A stretch of 64,000 bases of DNA, from positions 372,001 through 436,000 of the forward strand of contig CBFFSA010000002.1 in the NCBI GenBank assembly GCA_965644495.1, written 5' to 3'. The position numbers and the translations under genes are program-made. Positions within the stretch are counted from its first letter, which is position 1; every line of letters starts with the position of its first letter. Below, one piece after another: positions 43,840 to 52,953 of the stretch. A model generated the notes under the pieces. The model made no database searches. It saw only the letters and a list, made by a program, of their open reading frames with translations, and had not been told where the DNA came from. The stretch comes from Perkinsela sp. CCAP 1560/9. Lineage: Eukaryota > Protista > Euglenozoa: Kinetoplastea.

Positions 43840-46056
43840 TCATTCTGTAGCTTTTTTACGACGGGATTTCGAATGCTTTTCAGCACCTGGTTTAGATGAT
43901 GACCTTTTGGCGCTTACCTTTTTACTGCTTGCTTTCTCGTTTGCATTTCCTCGAGTTTCATCCTCCTCATCAACATCAACAGGACTGTAGGATAACGCCT
44001 TCGATGCAGATTGAAATGGATGGGCCTGGTTAAAAGACCTCGTAAAAGCACTCTTGAATACACTGGGAATATCTGGCGCCGGACATCTGCTCCCTATAGC
44101 AGAAAGTTCTACTATTGAATCCCAATCTTCCCTGCTCAGACCATAATATTGCATCGTTTTCAACACTTTGTCTATTGCAGCGTTCCGGTTATCGTCGTCG
44201 GTATGCACCAGCGGGGCCGTTATCGCGCTGCGAAGGACTGGAAGGTACTCCGTAGCGACAACAGAGGAACTTCGTGGAAGGATACCTTCAGACATGATTC
44301 CAAGTATCATGTTCGAGGCTTTTGTCTGAGCACTGTTCTGTCCCAGCCAGGAAGGGAACTTAACTGGACGTCCCCGATCGTAATGCTGTGCCACCCCTGG
44401 GGGAGCAAAGGAGTTGTACGGCCCGCGTGTAACGAAGGTCGGAAGCATAGTACTGTACAAAAAATGAGCATTTGAAAGACTCCAACGCTGCTCGGATAAT
44501 ATTTTTCGCTGAAAGACGTCGCCCTGAGCAATGTAGCTGGCTGCTGCAGTAATCCCACTTGGGTCGTAATGTAAATAATTTTCCTGTACAAAAAGTGGTG
44601 TCAAATCTTGGGTATAGAAAAGCGATCTATATTCCTGAAGTTTTTTGCTCATGTTCGATCCAAAGAATGACTCCACAGTGGTGAAAAGGCTCAATTCGTC
44701 ATCTTTCTGACTTGACCGAGCAATTTTTTTCGCGCTTTGATAATCGAACACATGTTGTGTACGTATCCACATTTGGACATTGTTCAATACGGAACGGTAA
44801 TCGTTTCCAGACATCGAAATAATGTCCTGAAGCGCGACATACGGAATTTCAACATTTTCCTTCCTAAGGATTTTAGAAATATAATTCGCCATTACATTAG
44901 AAGGAGCTCGTGTGACTCTAAAATCCTCGACATGATTTAGAAAACTTCGCAATTTTTGGTGCCACCTATCATTGCAAGTGCAAACAATGGGCACTTTAGA
45001 CTTTTTTATTAGCTTTATCAGTTCAGAAACTCCGCCTCGATCACATCCGTCCACCTCATCAATAAGAATCATTAATTTTTTCTTCTTGCCTATACCTTGA
45101 TTTACTACAACGTCAGAAAGCTGTTCATGTAGCGTGGAACTGCTCCTAGTGTCGCTTGCATTTAGCTCTATTAAATCGAAATCGCACTCCTTTGCGATAA
45201 CATGCACAGTCGTAGTTTTTCCTGTCCCTGGTGGACCAGATAGTAATGCGGCTTTCTTAGAATATCCCTCAGACCCTATGACACTACTCTCTACCCAATG
45301 TTTTAGTTTGTTGGCTACAACTGGATAGCACAAATCAGACAATTTCCCAGGACGATATTTTTCACTCCACATTGGATCATCCTTGCATTCGATGACTTCT
45401 GAATCATGTACTTCTGTTATTTTCAATGGCTGAGATCCACGAGAGCTGCTTTGTGATTGAACAGAACGATTCTTTGGAGTTTCTGTACTAGATTCAACTC
45501 CGTTTTGTGGTTTATTCTCTGATAGCTTCTGGACGAGTTTGAAGAGTTCAAACTCTGAAATGCACTTTGTTTTAAGTCGCTTCGCAGTGGCAATCTTTGC
45601 TTCCCCCGGCTCAGTCCCTACAACGAGGTACGACAGTCGACCAGTCACACCAGTACGCATTTGTCCAGAGTGTGACTTTATGTAATCGGACGCTGCATCA
45701 CGGCTCAGAGTATCGAGTTGGCCGGTGATCAGGAAGGTCAGACCGGTTAATGCCTCAGGATGACCATTTATCGGAGGGCCACTTCCTGGAATTCGTGCCT
45801 GCAGACTACGAGACGCCATACAGGTACGGTAATTCTTTTTGACTGATGTGCTTTCGTCTGTGCTGTGAGATGGCTCAATATGGTTTTCACGCTCCTGTAA
45901 AGGTTCTTTGGAAGGAGATCGAGCAGGAGACCTAGATTTCAATATGCTGCGTCTCGCATCCTTCGTGAGCTCCGTTGTCGTGTCGGAGTCTCCGCACCAT
46001 GTTCTGATATCTTTCGGCTTGCTAACAGATTTTTTGGACTTTTTCTTTGGAGGCAT
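43840..46056 (-). CDS. RFC1: Replication factor C subunit 1
   Basis: BRCT domain (LTFLITGQL), WSEKYRP, GPPGTGKT, ELNASD, DEVDG, FPSWLGQNS. Confidence 0.96.
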   Translation of the reverse strand: MPPKKKSKKSVSKPKDIRTWCGDSDTTTELTKDARRSILKSRSPARSPSKEPLQERENHIEPSHSTDESTSVKKNYRTCMASRSLQARIPGSGPPINGHPEALTGLTFLITGQLDTLSRDAASDYIKSHSGQMRTGVTGRLSYLVVGTEPGEAKIATAKRLKTKCISEFELFKLVQKLSENKPQNGVESSTETPKNRSVQSQSSSRGSQPLKITEVHDSEVIECKDDPMWSEKYRPGKLSDLCYPVVANKLKHWVESSVIGSEGYSKKAALLSGPPGTGKTTTVHVIAKECDFDLIELNASDTRSSSTLHEQLSDVVVNQGIGKKKKLMILIDEVDGCDRGGVSELIKLIKKSKVPIVCTCNDRWHQKLRSFLNHVEDFRVTRAPSNVMANYISKILRKENVEIPYVALQDIISMSGNDYRSVLNNVQMWIRTQHVFDYQSAKKIARSSQKDDELSLFTTVESFFGSNMSKKLQEYRSLFYTQDLTPLFVQENYLHYDPSGITAAASYIAQGDVFQRKILSEQRWSLSNAHFLYSTMLPTFVTRGPYNSFAPPGVAQHYDRGRPVKFPSWLGQNSAQTKASNMILGIMSEGILPRSSSVVATEYLPVLRSAITAPLVHTDDDNRNAAIDKVLKTMQYYGLSREDWDSIVELSAIGSRCPAPDIPSVFKSAFTRSFNQAHPFQSASKALSYSPVDVDEEDETRGNANEKASSKKVSAKRSSSKPGAEKHSKSRRKKATE

Positions 46057-46563
46057 GTAAACGTTCTAATTCCTAAAGCGGAGAATTGCTTCTGGCGACA
46101 GTTTAAGTAAGAAATTGCAAATTAAACAACCTATGGATGAGTATGAACCCTCATATCTTTACTGTATAGTGTGCATCAAAAAAATATCATGCCTCATGTG
46201 AAGCTTATATTTCAATTGCTGTGGCAGAAGGTCATTCCTTCAACAAAAGGCAAGTTTAGCCCATTAGTAGAAATTCAGGTATGCTGCAAAGATTGTTTCA
46301 ATTCAAAATCAAACAAGATAGTCTAAGTGGAATCATCATGAAAATAAGAAGAGGCGTTACATAATATCTGTTTCATAAATTCACCATACATGTACATGTG
46401 GGTTTCATACAGGTTCCAACTGCGTGGCGGCTTGGAAAGCGCACCGAAAATACTCTTATGTCATACCTCACAGAAGGACTGACAAAATTGTCTGTCCAGA
46501 TATCGTCCAGATATGATATTTGAACCTCCCACGATTCTCGGCTCCTCCCTATGTAGCCGTACG

Positions 46564-46641
46564 AAAATACCGTTAGTGGGAATCGAACCCAACCACCTTA
46601 GATCACTGGGCTTAACGACTAGGTTAATCACACCCCATGGC
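46564..46641 (-). promoter_or_regulatory. tRNA-like remnant with Pol III B box and T4 run
   Basis: Minus strand TGGG-TTCGATT-CCCA T-arm (46576-46591) followed by CTAACGGTATTTT; no convincing D or anticodon arm. Confidence 0.45.
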
Positions 46642-46812
46642 GAAAATGAAAATCGCCGGCAAGCCTTTCATCGACCATAGACACCTTTTTTTGAAAATTT
46701 GTCACCCGCCTCGATTCACCTCACCCGCACACCATAAAGAAGAAAGAGGCAGAGGTTGTAAACAATGTCATGTACATTGTATACTTCAAAATATCTGGTT
46801 GCGAATGTTCTT

Positions 46813-46886
46813 AGGTCAGCGTTAATACCATCAGTAACATGGTAGTGCCAGGGAAGACCACGAGGAGGTCCGGACCTCACTTCCCC
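46813..46886 (-). ncRNA. HDV-like ribozyme fold, probably degenerate
   Basis: P1 GGGGAAG/CTTCCCT with G1-U, P3 ACC/GGT, L3 TCCTCGT, P1.1 GG, P4 TACCAT/ATGGTA, P2 AGGTC/GACCT; J4/2 is TTAA instead of CTAA. Confidence 0.65.
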
Positions 46887-47121
46887 ACTTTGGGTTTTGC
46901 CCAGATGCAAGCCCACTAAGAAAAACTAGCCTGCCCCCCTCCATCAAAAGAAAAATTCGGCTCCGTCAAAAATCTCTCAGGCTTCGTCAAAAAGTACAAA
47001 TAAGTAGGGGGGTGGAGCTACAAATGTGGGTGTAACAAATAAGTGGGGGGTACAGCATGTGTCACATGTTTTTAACCGATGTATTAGCTATATAAATCTT
47101 TCTTCCCTTACTTCCAGTGGG

Positions 47122-47790
47122 TCAAATTCCAACTAATCTTAACAAAATCGAAGCTCGATGAACAATCTCGTAGAGCGTAATGCCGTTCTTGTACGCATAG
47201 GCCGCTCCGTTGGCACTAAGCATTGTTAATAACGTGACATCCCATTTGCGAGATTGATCCACTGGATCAGAAGTTCGACGAATCCACAGGAACCAAATGC
47301 AGAAAAGGGCTCCCATATTGGCCGGTAAAACAACGCCCCACTGTTCTGGTGTTAGAAGTTGAGGTAACAAGTGCAGATTGCGCAAATTCTCTCCAGACAT
47401 CATGAGAGCAACATTCGTAAATACGTAACTGAGGCGCTCAATTGTCCCTGATGTGTACAAAAAAGTAATTACGAATATATCCATAAGCCATATTGCTCCC
47501 ATAACAATATAATCACATTTTTTTTCCGATAACAGCACTAACGTGGCAAAAATCGGTATGCCCCAAATCAAAAATCGATCTACTGCTCCCAAGGGCTCTT
47601 TTGGTTTTTCAATTCGTTTGTGTTTCGATTCTTCTTTGATTCGCTTTCGTCCCGCAACTATCTTTTTGCGAATTTCACTGTTTTCCACAGATTTAAGTTT
47701 CATGAAAGGGTGGCTTACAATAAGGGATATTTCATTAAAGATAATATGCTCTACCCATTTTAGATAAAAACATAATGCAACCTCTTCCAT
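47122..47790 (-). CDS. Hypothetical multi-pass membrane protein
   Basis: Basic N-terminus followed by 4-5 hydrophobic segments; probable start at MKLKS. Confidence 0.65.
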   Translation of the reverse strand: MEEVALCFYLKWVEHIIFNEISLIVSHPFMKLKSVENSEIRKKIVAGRKRIKEESKHKRIEKPKEPLGAVDRFLIWGIPIFATLVLLSEKKCDYIVMGAIWLMDIFVITFLYTSGTIERLSYVFTNVALMMSGENLRNLHLLPQLLTPEQWGVVLPANMGALFCIWFLWIRRTSDPVDQSRKWDVTLLTMLSANGAAYAYKNGITLYEIVHRASILLRLVGI

Positions 47791-48207
47791 TGATCCAATA
47801 CATGTTTCAAACTATTTCTTGTCAGCTATTTGTGGGTTAGCTTCATATGTTTTCAGTTTGAATGATTAAGCAACGATAACTTGCATCATGTTGGAGAGGA
47901 ATGAGTCGAATGGAAAAATTACACCAAAAATTAGTTTTACGTAGTAGAATAATCCTGTTGCTTACTAGTATTGTGCTTACATCGCACAAGGAATCAAAAG
48001 CTGCTCTTTTATTAACGCCCTTAACATATCTCTCCTAATCTGTATGTTAATTTTTATGACATACACGTACGTATAAGCACGTAATCATACGCAATATACG
48101 GTGAACTGTATCCGCACACTATGCCTATTCAAGCAAAAATCGAATTAATTTCACTGATCTGGCGAATGATGCACGACTCGATATATTTCTCGCCTATTTC
48201 AGCATCG

Positions 48208-49119
48208 TTAGATATGCATGGTGCGATGCATCGAGCGAGGCTCCTTTAATTTTTCCATATTTCGTACTAACAAATTTTGACACAACATGACGACGCGAAC
48301 CAAGGCTCTCCAACAATGCTCAATGTCATCCCACTCTTGGGCGTCTTGAACCTCAATAGACTTTCGCCAAGAGACCGTTTTAGGTTGCTTCATCATCGAT
48401 GTCTCGAGCTCCCCTCGGCGATTTAGATACTCCGTTTCCTCGGTATAAACATTCTTGATCAACTTGTAGTAGCCTGCAACCTGTGCAACAACTGTTTCTT
48501 GAACCTCCACTCCGGAATTGTCTTCGTCCTTAATAGTGGGCACATGTACCAATATCCAATCTTGAATAGAATCAAACACAACGATCAGTTCATGCGCGGC
48601 ACCACGTAGATGCCGGAGATGAACCAGAAGAAGGCTATTGTCGGGAAATATCGGGTTCTCCATGGATCCTTGAGCAAGATTCTCAGAAGCACGTGCTGGA
48701 GATTTTTCTGATTTTGATGCATGCCGTGGATTCAACTCACGTACGGTAGAGATCATCTTGGTACAGTACTCGAAATACGTCGGAAAAGTGGCTAAAAATT
48801 CAGCCAAAGCGGTGTCCAGTTCTCCAGTAAACTTTTTTACTACTTCCTTACCAATGTTCTTCATATCCATGGAATTCAAGTCACCACAATTTACTACACT
48901 AGGTGCCATTATACGGTGCGATTTCGTTACAGATATTGGCTCCGTTGCGTCAGCTACTGTTGCAGAGGCATCTGTCTCGCGGCGTCGCTTCGAATGATCA
49001 CTAGATTTGCACGATCGTGGGGTTCCAGTGGGACATTCAATGATACCGGGAATATTCATGTTACAAATAATTGGAGGTCTAATGTTGTAAATATTTTTAG
49101 CTGCTTCGTTGAATAGCAA
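48208..49119 (-). CDS. PA26: 11S proteasome activator, PA26 type
   Basis: WI..HVPTIKDEDNSGVEVQ activation loop (EDNxGVxVQ as in trypanosome PA26), NMEKLKEPR near the C-terminus; likely ATG at 49059. Confidence 0.8.
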   Translation of the reverse strand: MLFNEAAKNIYNIRPPIICNMNIPGIIECPTGTPRSCKSSDHSKRRRETDASATVADATEPISVTKSHRIMAPSVVNCGDLNSMDMKNIGKEVVKKFTGELDTALAEFLATFPTYFEYCTKMISTVRELNPRHASKSEKSPARASENLAQGSMENPIFPDNSLLLVHLRHLRGAAHELIVVFDSIQDWILVHVPTIKDEDNSGVEVQETVVAQVAGYYKLIKNVYTEETEYLNRRGELETSMMKQPKTVSWRKSIEVQDAQEWDDIEHCWRALVRVVMLCQNLLVRNMEKLKEPRSMHRTMHI

Positions 49120-49286
49120 GGTTCTTTCCCGAACAACATTCGGTACTCAATACCGAGGACTTTCATTGACAATAATGTCCTGACATTCTGCGTATATACA
49201 GATAAAGTGCAAGAAATATTTCTTGCAACACAAATGTTAGTCATGTTTCAGAATCCATGATACAGGAAAAAAACTTGATGGCATGA

Positions 49287-50330
49287 CTACTCCCGAATCG
49301 ATTTATGACCCTTGTGGTGAGCAGACCACACGTGGATAAGGGCAGCATAGGAACTCAGAATCGCGTCCCGGTCTTTTTTAGGAGCCTGCGAAAGAAGTTC
49401 CTTCGCCCTTTCGTATTGATGCACATTTTCCAATGCACTAATTACAGCAGCATACGTGACTGCATTTGGAGTCAAATCGCTTTTTATTTTTTCAAAGACA
49501 TCCAGACACTGTTGCCAGTGACCCCCTTTATCTAAAGCCGTAATCATTAAATTGTATGTAAGCTCTTTGGGGGATAAATCCCGGACCTCCATTGCTTTAG
49601 CTACACTAAGCGCACGTTCCCACAAGCCTTGTTCAAGATATCCCTTCATTATACGATGATAAAGATCTCTGCCTTGATCCTCGTCAAGAGCTTCAGTGGC
49701 GCGCTGCTTCGAGGAAAAAAGAGTATTGAAAGAAGGTCGATCATGTTCGGCAAACAAACGATTTCTAGTTTGGTTCTTCGAGTTGGGTACACCTGGAGCT
49801 TCCTTGGTCTTGAACCGAAGGTCAGGATACTCAACTAGAAGTTGCAAAGCGTAGTCTAATTTTTCTTCCTGAGATAAACATCTGATCACTTCTTGAAAAT
49901 GATCTACGGTAGCTCGATATAGAGCAGATGAAGAAAGAGTAGATTGAAACAGAGAAAGTGCCGTAACCCAATCCCCCAGAGCACGAGCGGACTTCAAAGC
50001 CGAAGTTAAGTCATAACTGTTTTGCAGTATACCAGCATGTTGCAAATGCAGATTAATGCCTGCCGGACGAGGAGCTAGTGAAGAATGTAACTTCGCGGAA
50101 GATTCGATCGTAGACTTCGACTTTTGATTCAGAGCATTCTGAAGGTTTGCCATTGGTGCATTTAATTCAGCATTTTGCAGTACTTGTGAGGGTTGTATTA
50201 CTGCCCTTCCTGTACGACGTTGAGATTGCATTGAGCGCGCTAAAACTTGTTCAAGGGTCAACATTACGAGTGGGTATAAATGAATCAGAGGGGTATTAAA
50301 CAATCTTTTATGCCTATATGAGTATGTCAT
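49287..50330 (-). CDS. Pentatricopeptide repeat protein
   Basis: TYNLMITALDKGGHWQQCLDVF, PNAVTYAAVISAL, YHRIMKGYLEQGLWERAL; likely ATG at 50264. Confidence 0.85.
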   Translation of the reverse strand: MTYSYRHKRLFNTPLIHLYPLVMLTLEQVLARSMQSQRRTGRAVIQPSQVLQNAELNAPMANLQNALNQKSKSTIESSAKLHSSLAPRPAGINLHLQHAGILQNSYDLTSALKSARALGDWVTALSLFQSTLSSSALYRATVDHFQEVIRCLSQEEKLDYALQLLVEYPDLRFKTKEAPGVPNSKNQTRNRLFAEHDRPSFNTLFSSKQRATEALDEDQGRDLYHRIMKGYLEQGLWERALSVAKAMEVRDLSPKELTYNLMITALDKGGHWQQCLDVFEKIKSDLTPNAVTYAAVISALENVHQYERAKELLSQAPKKDRDAILSSYAALIHVWSAHHKGHKSIRE

Positions 50331-50479
50331 TTATTATTATGTACTATGCTGTACGTTTTTAGTCTTCAAAAATAATGTCGTGAGAACTTCTACAAAGTTC
50401 TACATCGGGAAGAATCATGCATCTAAAACATCGGGAAGGTCGGAGTGTTTCATTGCAGAAATAACAGGCGCAGAATCCA

Positions 50480-50720
50480 GGAAAGTCTAGCGACACTGTG
50501 CTTAGGGACTATGTAGCTTAATGCATAGGTGTTAAGTGAATCGAGGTCCCCAGGGAATGATTGAATCGAGGAAGTCCTGAGCCCTGGTCTACGGATCAAT
50601 CCGAAGTCCATTACTTAATCAAAACATACCGCGAGTCGCCTATAGCAGTGTCAACGTGCTCCTATGGAGCGTTGTTGCGTTCAATCTAAAAGAATTAAGG
50701 TCTGAAGAAAATTACTTTCC
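50480..50720 (+). ncRNA. Candidate multibranched structured RNA with a C/D-like K-turn
   Basis: Nested stems GGAAAGT/ACTTTCC, GACACTG/CAGTGTC, TTAAGTGA/TTACTTAA, CCAGGG/CCCTGG enclosing ATGATTGA...CTGA. Confidence 0.35.
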
Positions 50721-50735
50721 GAATTGTTGCGTTCT

Positions 50736-51479
50736 TCATCTCTTTTTAGAATTCGTAAAGAATAAATCCACGCAAACAATACCGTTTTGCGTCGTTCTTT
50801 TCCACTGCAATCGCCTATTCTGCGCGACGAAGCGCAACTCTCCCAAAACGGGATGTGCCCTTCCTGTACTGGGACACTTTGTATGTCCATGACCGGACTC
50901 GCTATTATGGCTAATTTGCTCTTTGCAATCGCAACACAAGACTGGAATGACTTCAGTAGTATGATTCTGTTCAATCTGCGTCGTTACTGCAATGAGTTGA
51001 CCACCAACCCATTGAGCCGTGATTGTGTCTCCAAGTCGGTAGCATTCCCCGGAAAGATTTATCACGGCGGAGTGACCACTTGAACAGCGTATACGCGCTG
51101 TGCCGTTATATTCAGAAATAAATTCCTCCAAACTTCCTGAAACACACGAGCTAGCGCGATTGAGACTATCGTTTGAGAGGCAGTGTAAAACAACATCAAC
51201 GTGAACTTGTTTTGTAATATTGCCGCCTGCGACCTTAGTGAGAATGAAATTCTCGTCAGGGACTTCTATTACATTAACGATGTCCACAATAAAAGCATTT
51301 GCCTCGGAGAGAAATTTATACAGCAATTGATGCCACAGGGTTGCGCTGTGCAATGTTATTTCCTCCCAAAACCTTTTAGTATTAATTACACATTCAATCA
51401 TTGCAAAACATAGCTGTGAGGTTCCCTCGTGGTTCACCGCATCTTTCCGCAGTACTCGATATTCAATAGATCGACACAT
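50736..51479 (-). CDS. Hypothetical beta-rich protein (weakly Rgp1/arrestin-like)
   Basis: 247-aa ATG ORF on the cluster strand; YRLGDTI segment only. Confidence 0.5.
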   Translation of the reverse strand: MCRSIEYRVLRKDAVNHEGTSQLCFAMIECVINTKRFWEEITLHSATLWHQLLYKFLSEANAFIVDIVNVIEVPDENFILTKVAGGNITKQVHVDVVLHCLSNDSLNRASSCVSGSLEEFISEYNGTARIRCSSGHSAVINLSGECYRLGDTITAQWVGGQLIAVTTQIEQNHTTEVIPVLCCDCKEQISHNSESGHGHTKCPSTGRAHPVLGELRFVAQNRRLQWKRTTQNGIVCVDLFFTNSKKR

Positions 51480-51907
51480 TCACAGCTGAAAACAGCAAGT
51501 AATAAAATGTACAATGTATGTCGTATGATATACACTCAAAAAAATGACCAGAAGAATGAGAATAAAGCTCGATTGACTTGAGAAGGCTCGTAACATGTGC
51601 AACGAAGTGAATATCACAATATGACAACACAATGAGCGACAAAAAAAGAGTAGAAGGAGGCTATCTCACCTTGTACTAATTGCAGTGCGCATACAGTGTA
51701 CATGTATTTCCGATGTGCGCTCCTTAAAAAATTGCAAAAAAGCAATGCATTAATAAGCCAAGTTTGAAGGAGTAGGCAAAATTTGTCCATATAAGTTTGC
51801 TTCGTGAACGAAAGCAACATTTTGCTAGATCGTATACATCGTGCATATAAATAGTGGAATGTCGCCCATCCCAAAGAAGCAAAAAAAATATTAAGAAGTG
51901 AAAAAAG

Positions 51908-52711
51908 TCAATTCCCTTCCGGAGATTCTGCTTTCTGTGCTACTCCGACTTTTGACGCTCTTAGTATACGGCTTCCAATCATATATCCCGTTTTCACAAT
52001 AGCAGCAACTTGGCCATCCTTAAACTTTTCTTCTGCTTTAATTGGATGATTGTACAAGGCTTCATGGTAGTTGTAATCGAAGACGTCTCCGGTCTTAAGA
52101 TTAATTTTATTGACCCCGTGACGTTCAAGGTTCTTAAGCATTACGGAAAGGGTCATTGAGATGCCAAGAGAAACATGTTTTAAGCGCTCCGTGTCTTCAA
52201 CGTTCAGCTTACCTATCGTCCCTACTGCATTCTCAAGACAGTCAACAACTTCAACCATATCCTTTGCAAATTCTTTAATACCAAATTCTTTTGCTTTCGA
52301 TACATCTTCAGCTGCAATTTTTCGAGCATTTTGAGCGTCAGCCAATGCATAGAGAAGTTCGTCTTTTAGGTCTTTGAGTCTCTTATCTTTTTCTGCAATA
52401 AGTTTTTCAGTTTCTGCATTCAGTTTAACTGATTCATGATGAGGGGGCTCCACTTTTCTCGGCTCTTGAGCTTTCGGCTTAGGTTCAGCCTTAGCATTTT
52501 CGTTCTGTACAGGAGCACTGCAATACGTGCGAAAAGGGTAATTCGTGAGTACAACGCGTGACGGATGAGACACACGTCGCATGGAGTATGCAGACGTACT
52601 TCGAGCTCCTGCAGCTAAGTACTTTGCCAGTACATGTTGAGGACTCATTTGATTACACTTATAAAGTATTGACCGATCAGATATTCTTCTTATTAGATTA
52701 GTATTGGCCAA
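51908..52711 (-). CDS. GrpE: Mitochondrial GrpE (Mge1) co-chaperone
   Basis: LADAQNARK, FAKDMVEVVD, FDYNYHEA, GYMIGSRILRASKVGV; presequence from ATG 52648. Confidence 0.95.
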   Translation of the reverse strand: MANTNLIRRISDRSILYKCNQMSPQHVLAKYLAAGARSTSAYSMRRVSHPSRVVLTNYPFRTYCSAPVQNENAKAEPKPKAQEPRKVEPPHHESVKLNAETEKLIAEKDKRLKDLKDELLYALADAQNARKIAAEDVSKAKEFGIKEFAKDMVEVVDCLENAVGTIGKLNVEDTERLKHVSLGISMTLSVMLKNLERHGVNKINLKTGDVFDYNYHEALYNHPIKAEEKFKDGQVAAIVKTGYMIGSRILRASKVGVAQKAESPEGN

Positions 52712-52953
52712 TCAGATATTCTTGTTACTACGTGTTGTATGTATTAAAAAATTAGTAGATTGCTTAAAGTTACCAAATATACCAAAGGTAAATGAAGGGA
52801 CGAGTTGCTCTAGTAGAATTACAACAATTTCGTGGATCAAAAAACATCCTGAAGTGTTATTTCCGAAACAATTGGCGAACACGGAGAATGACGGAATTTT
52901 AGAGGAAATAGTGTTACAGTTCTCCATTGTTTTTCTAACGAATTTTTTTTACT

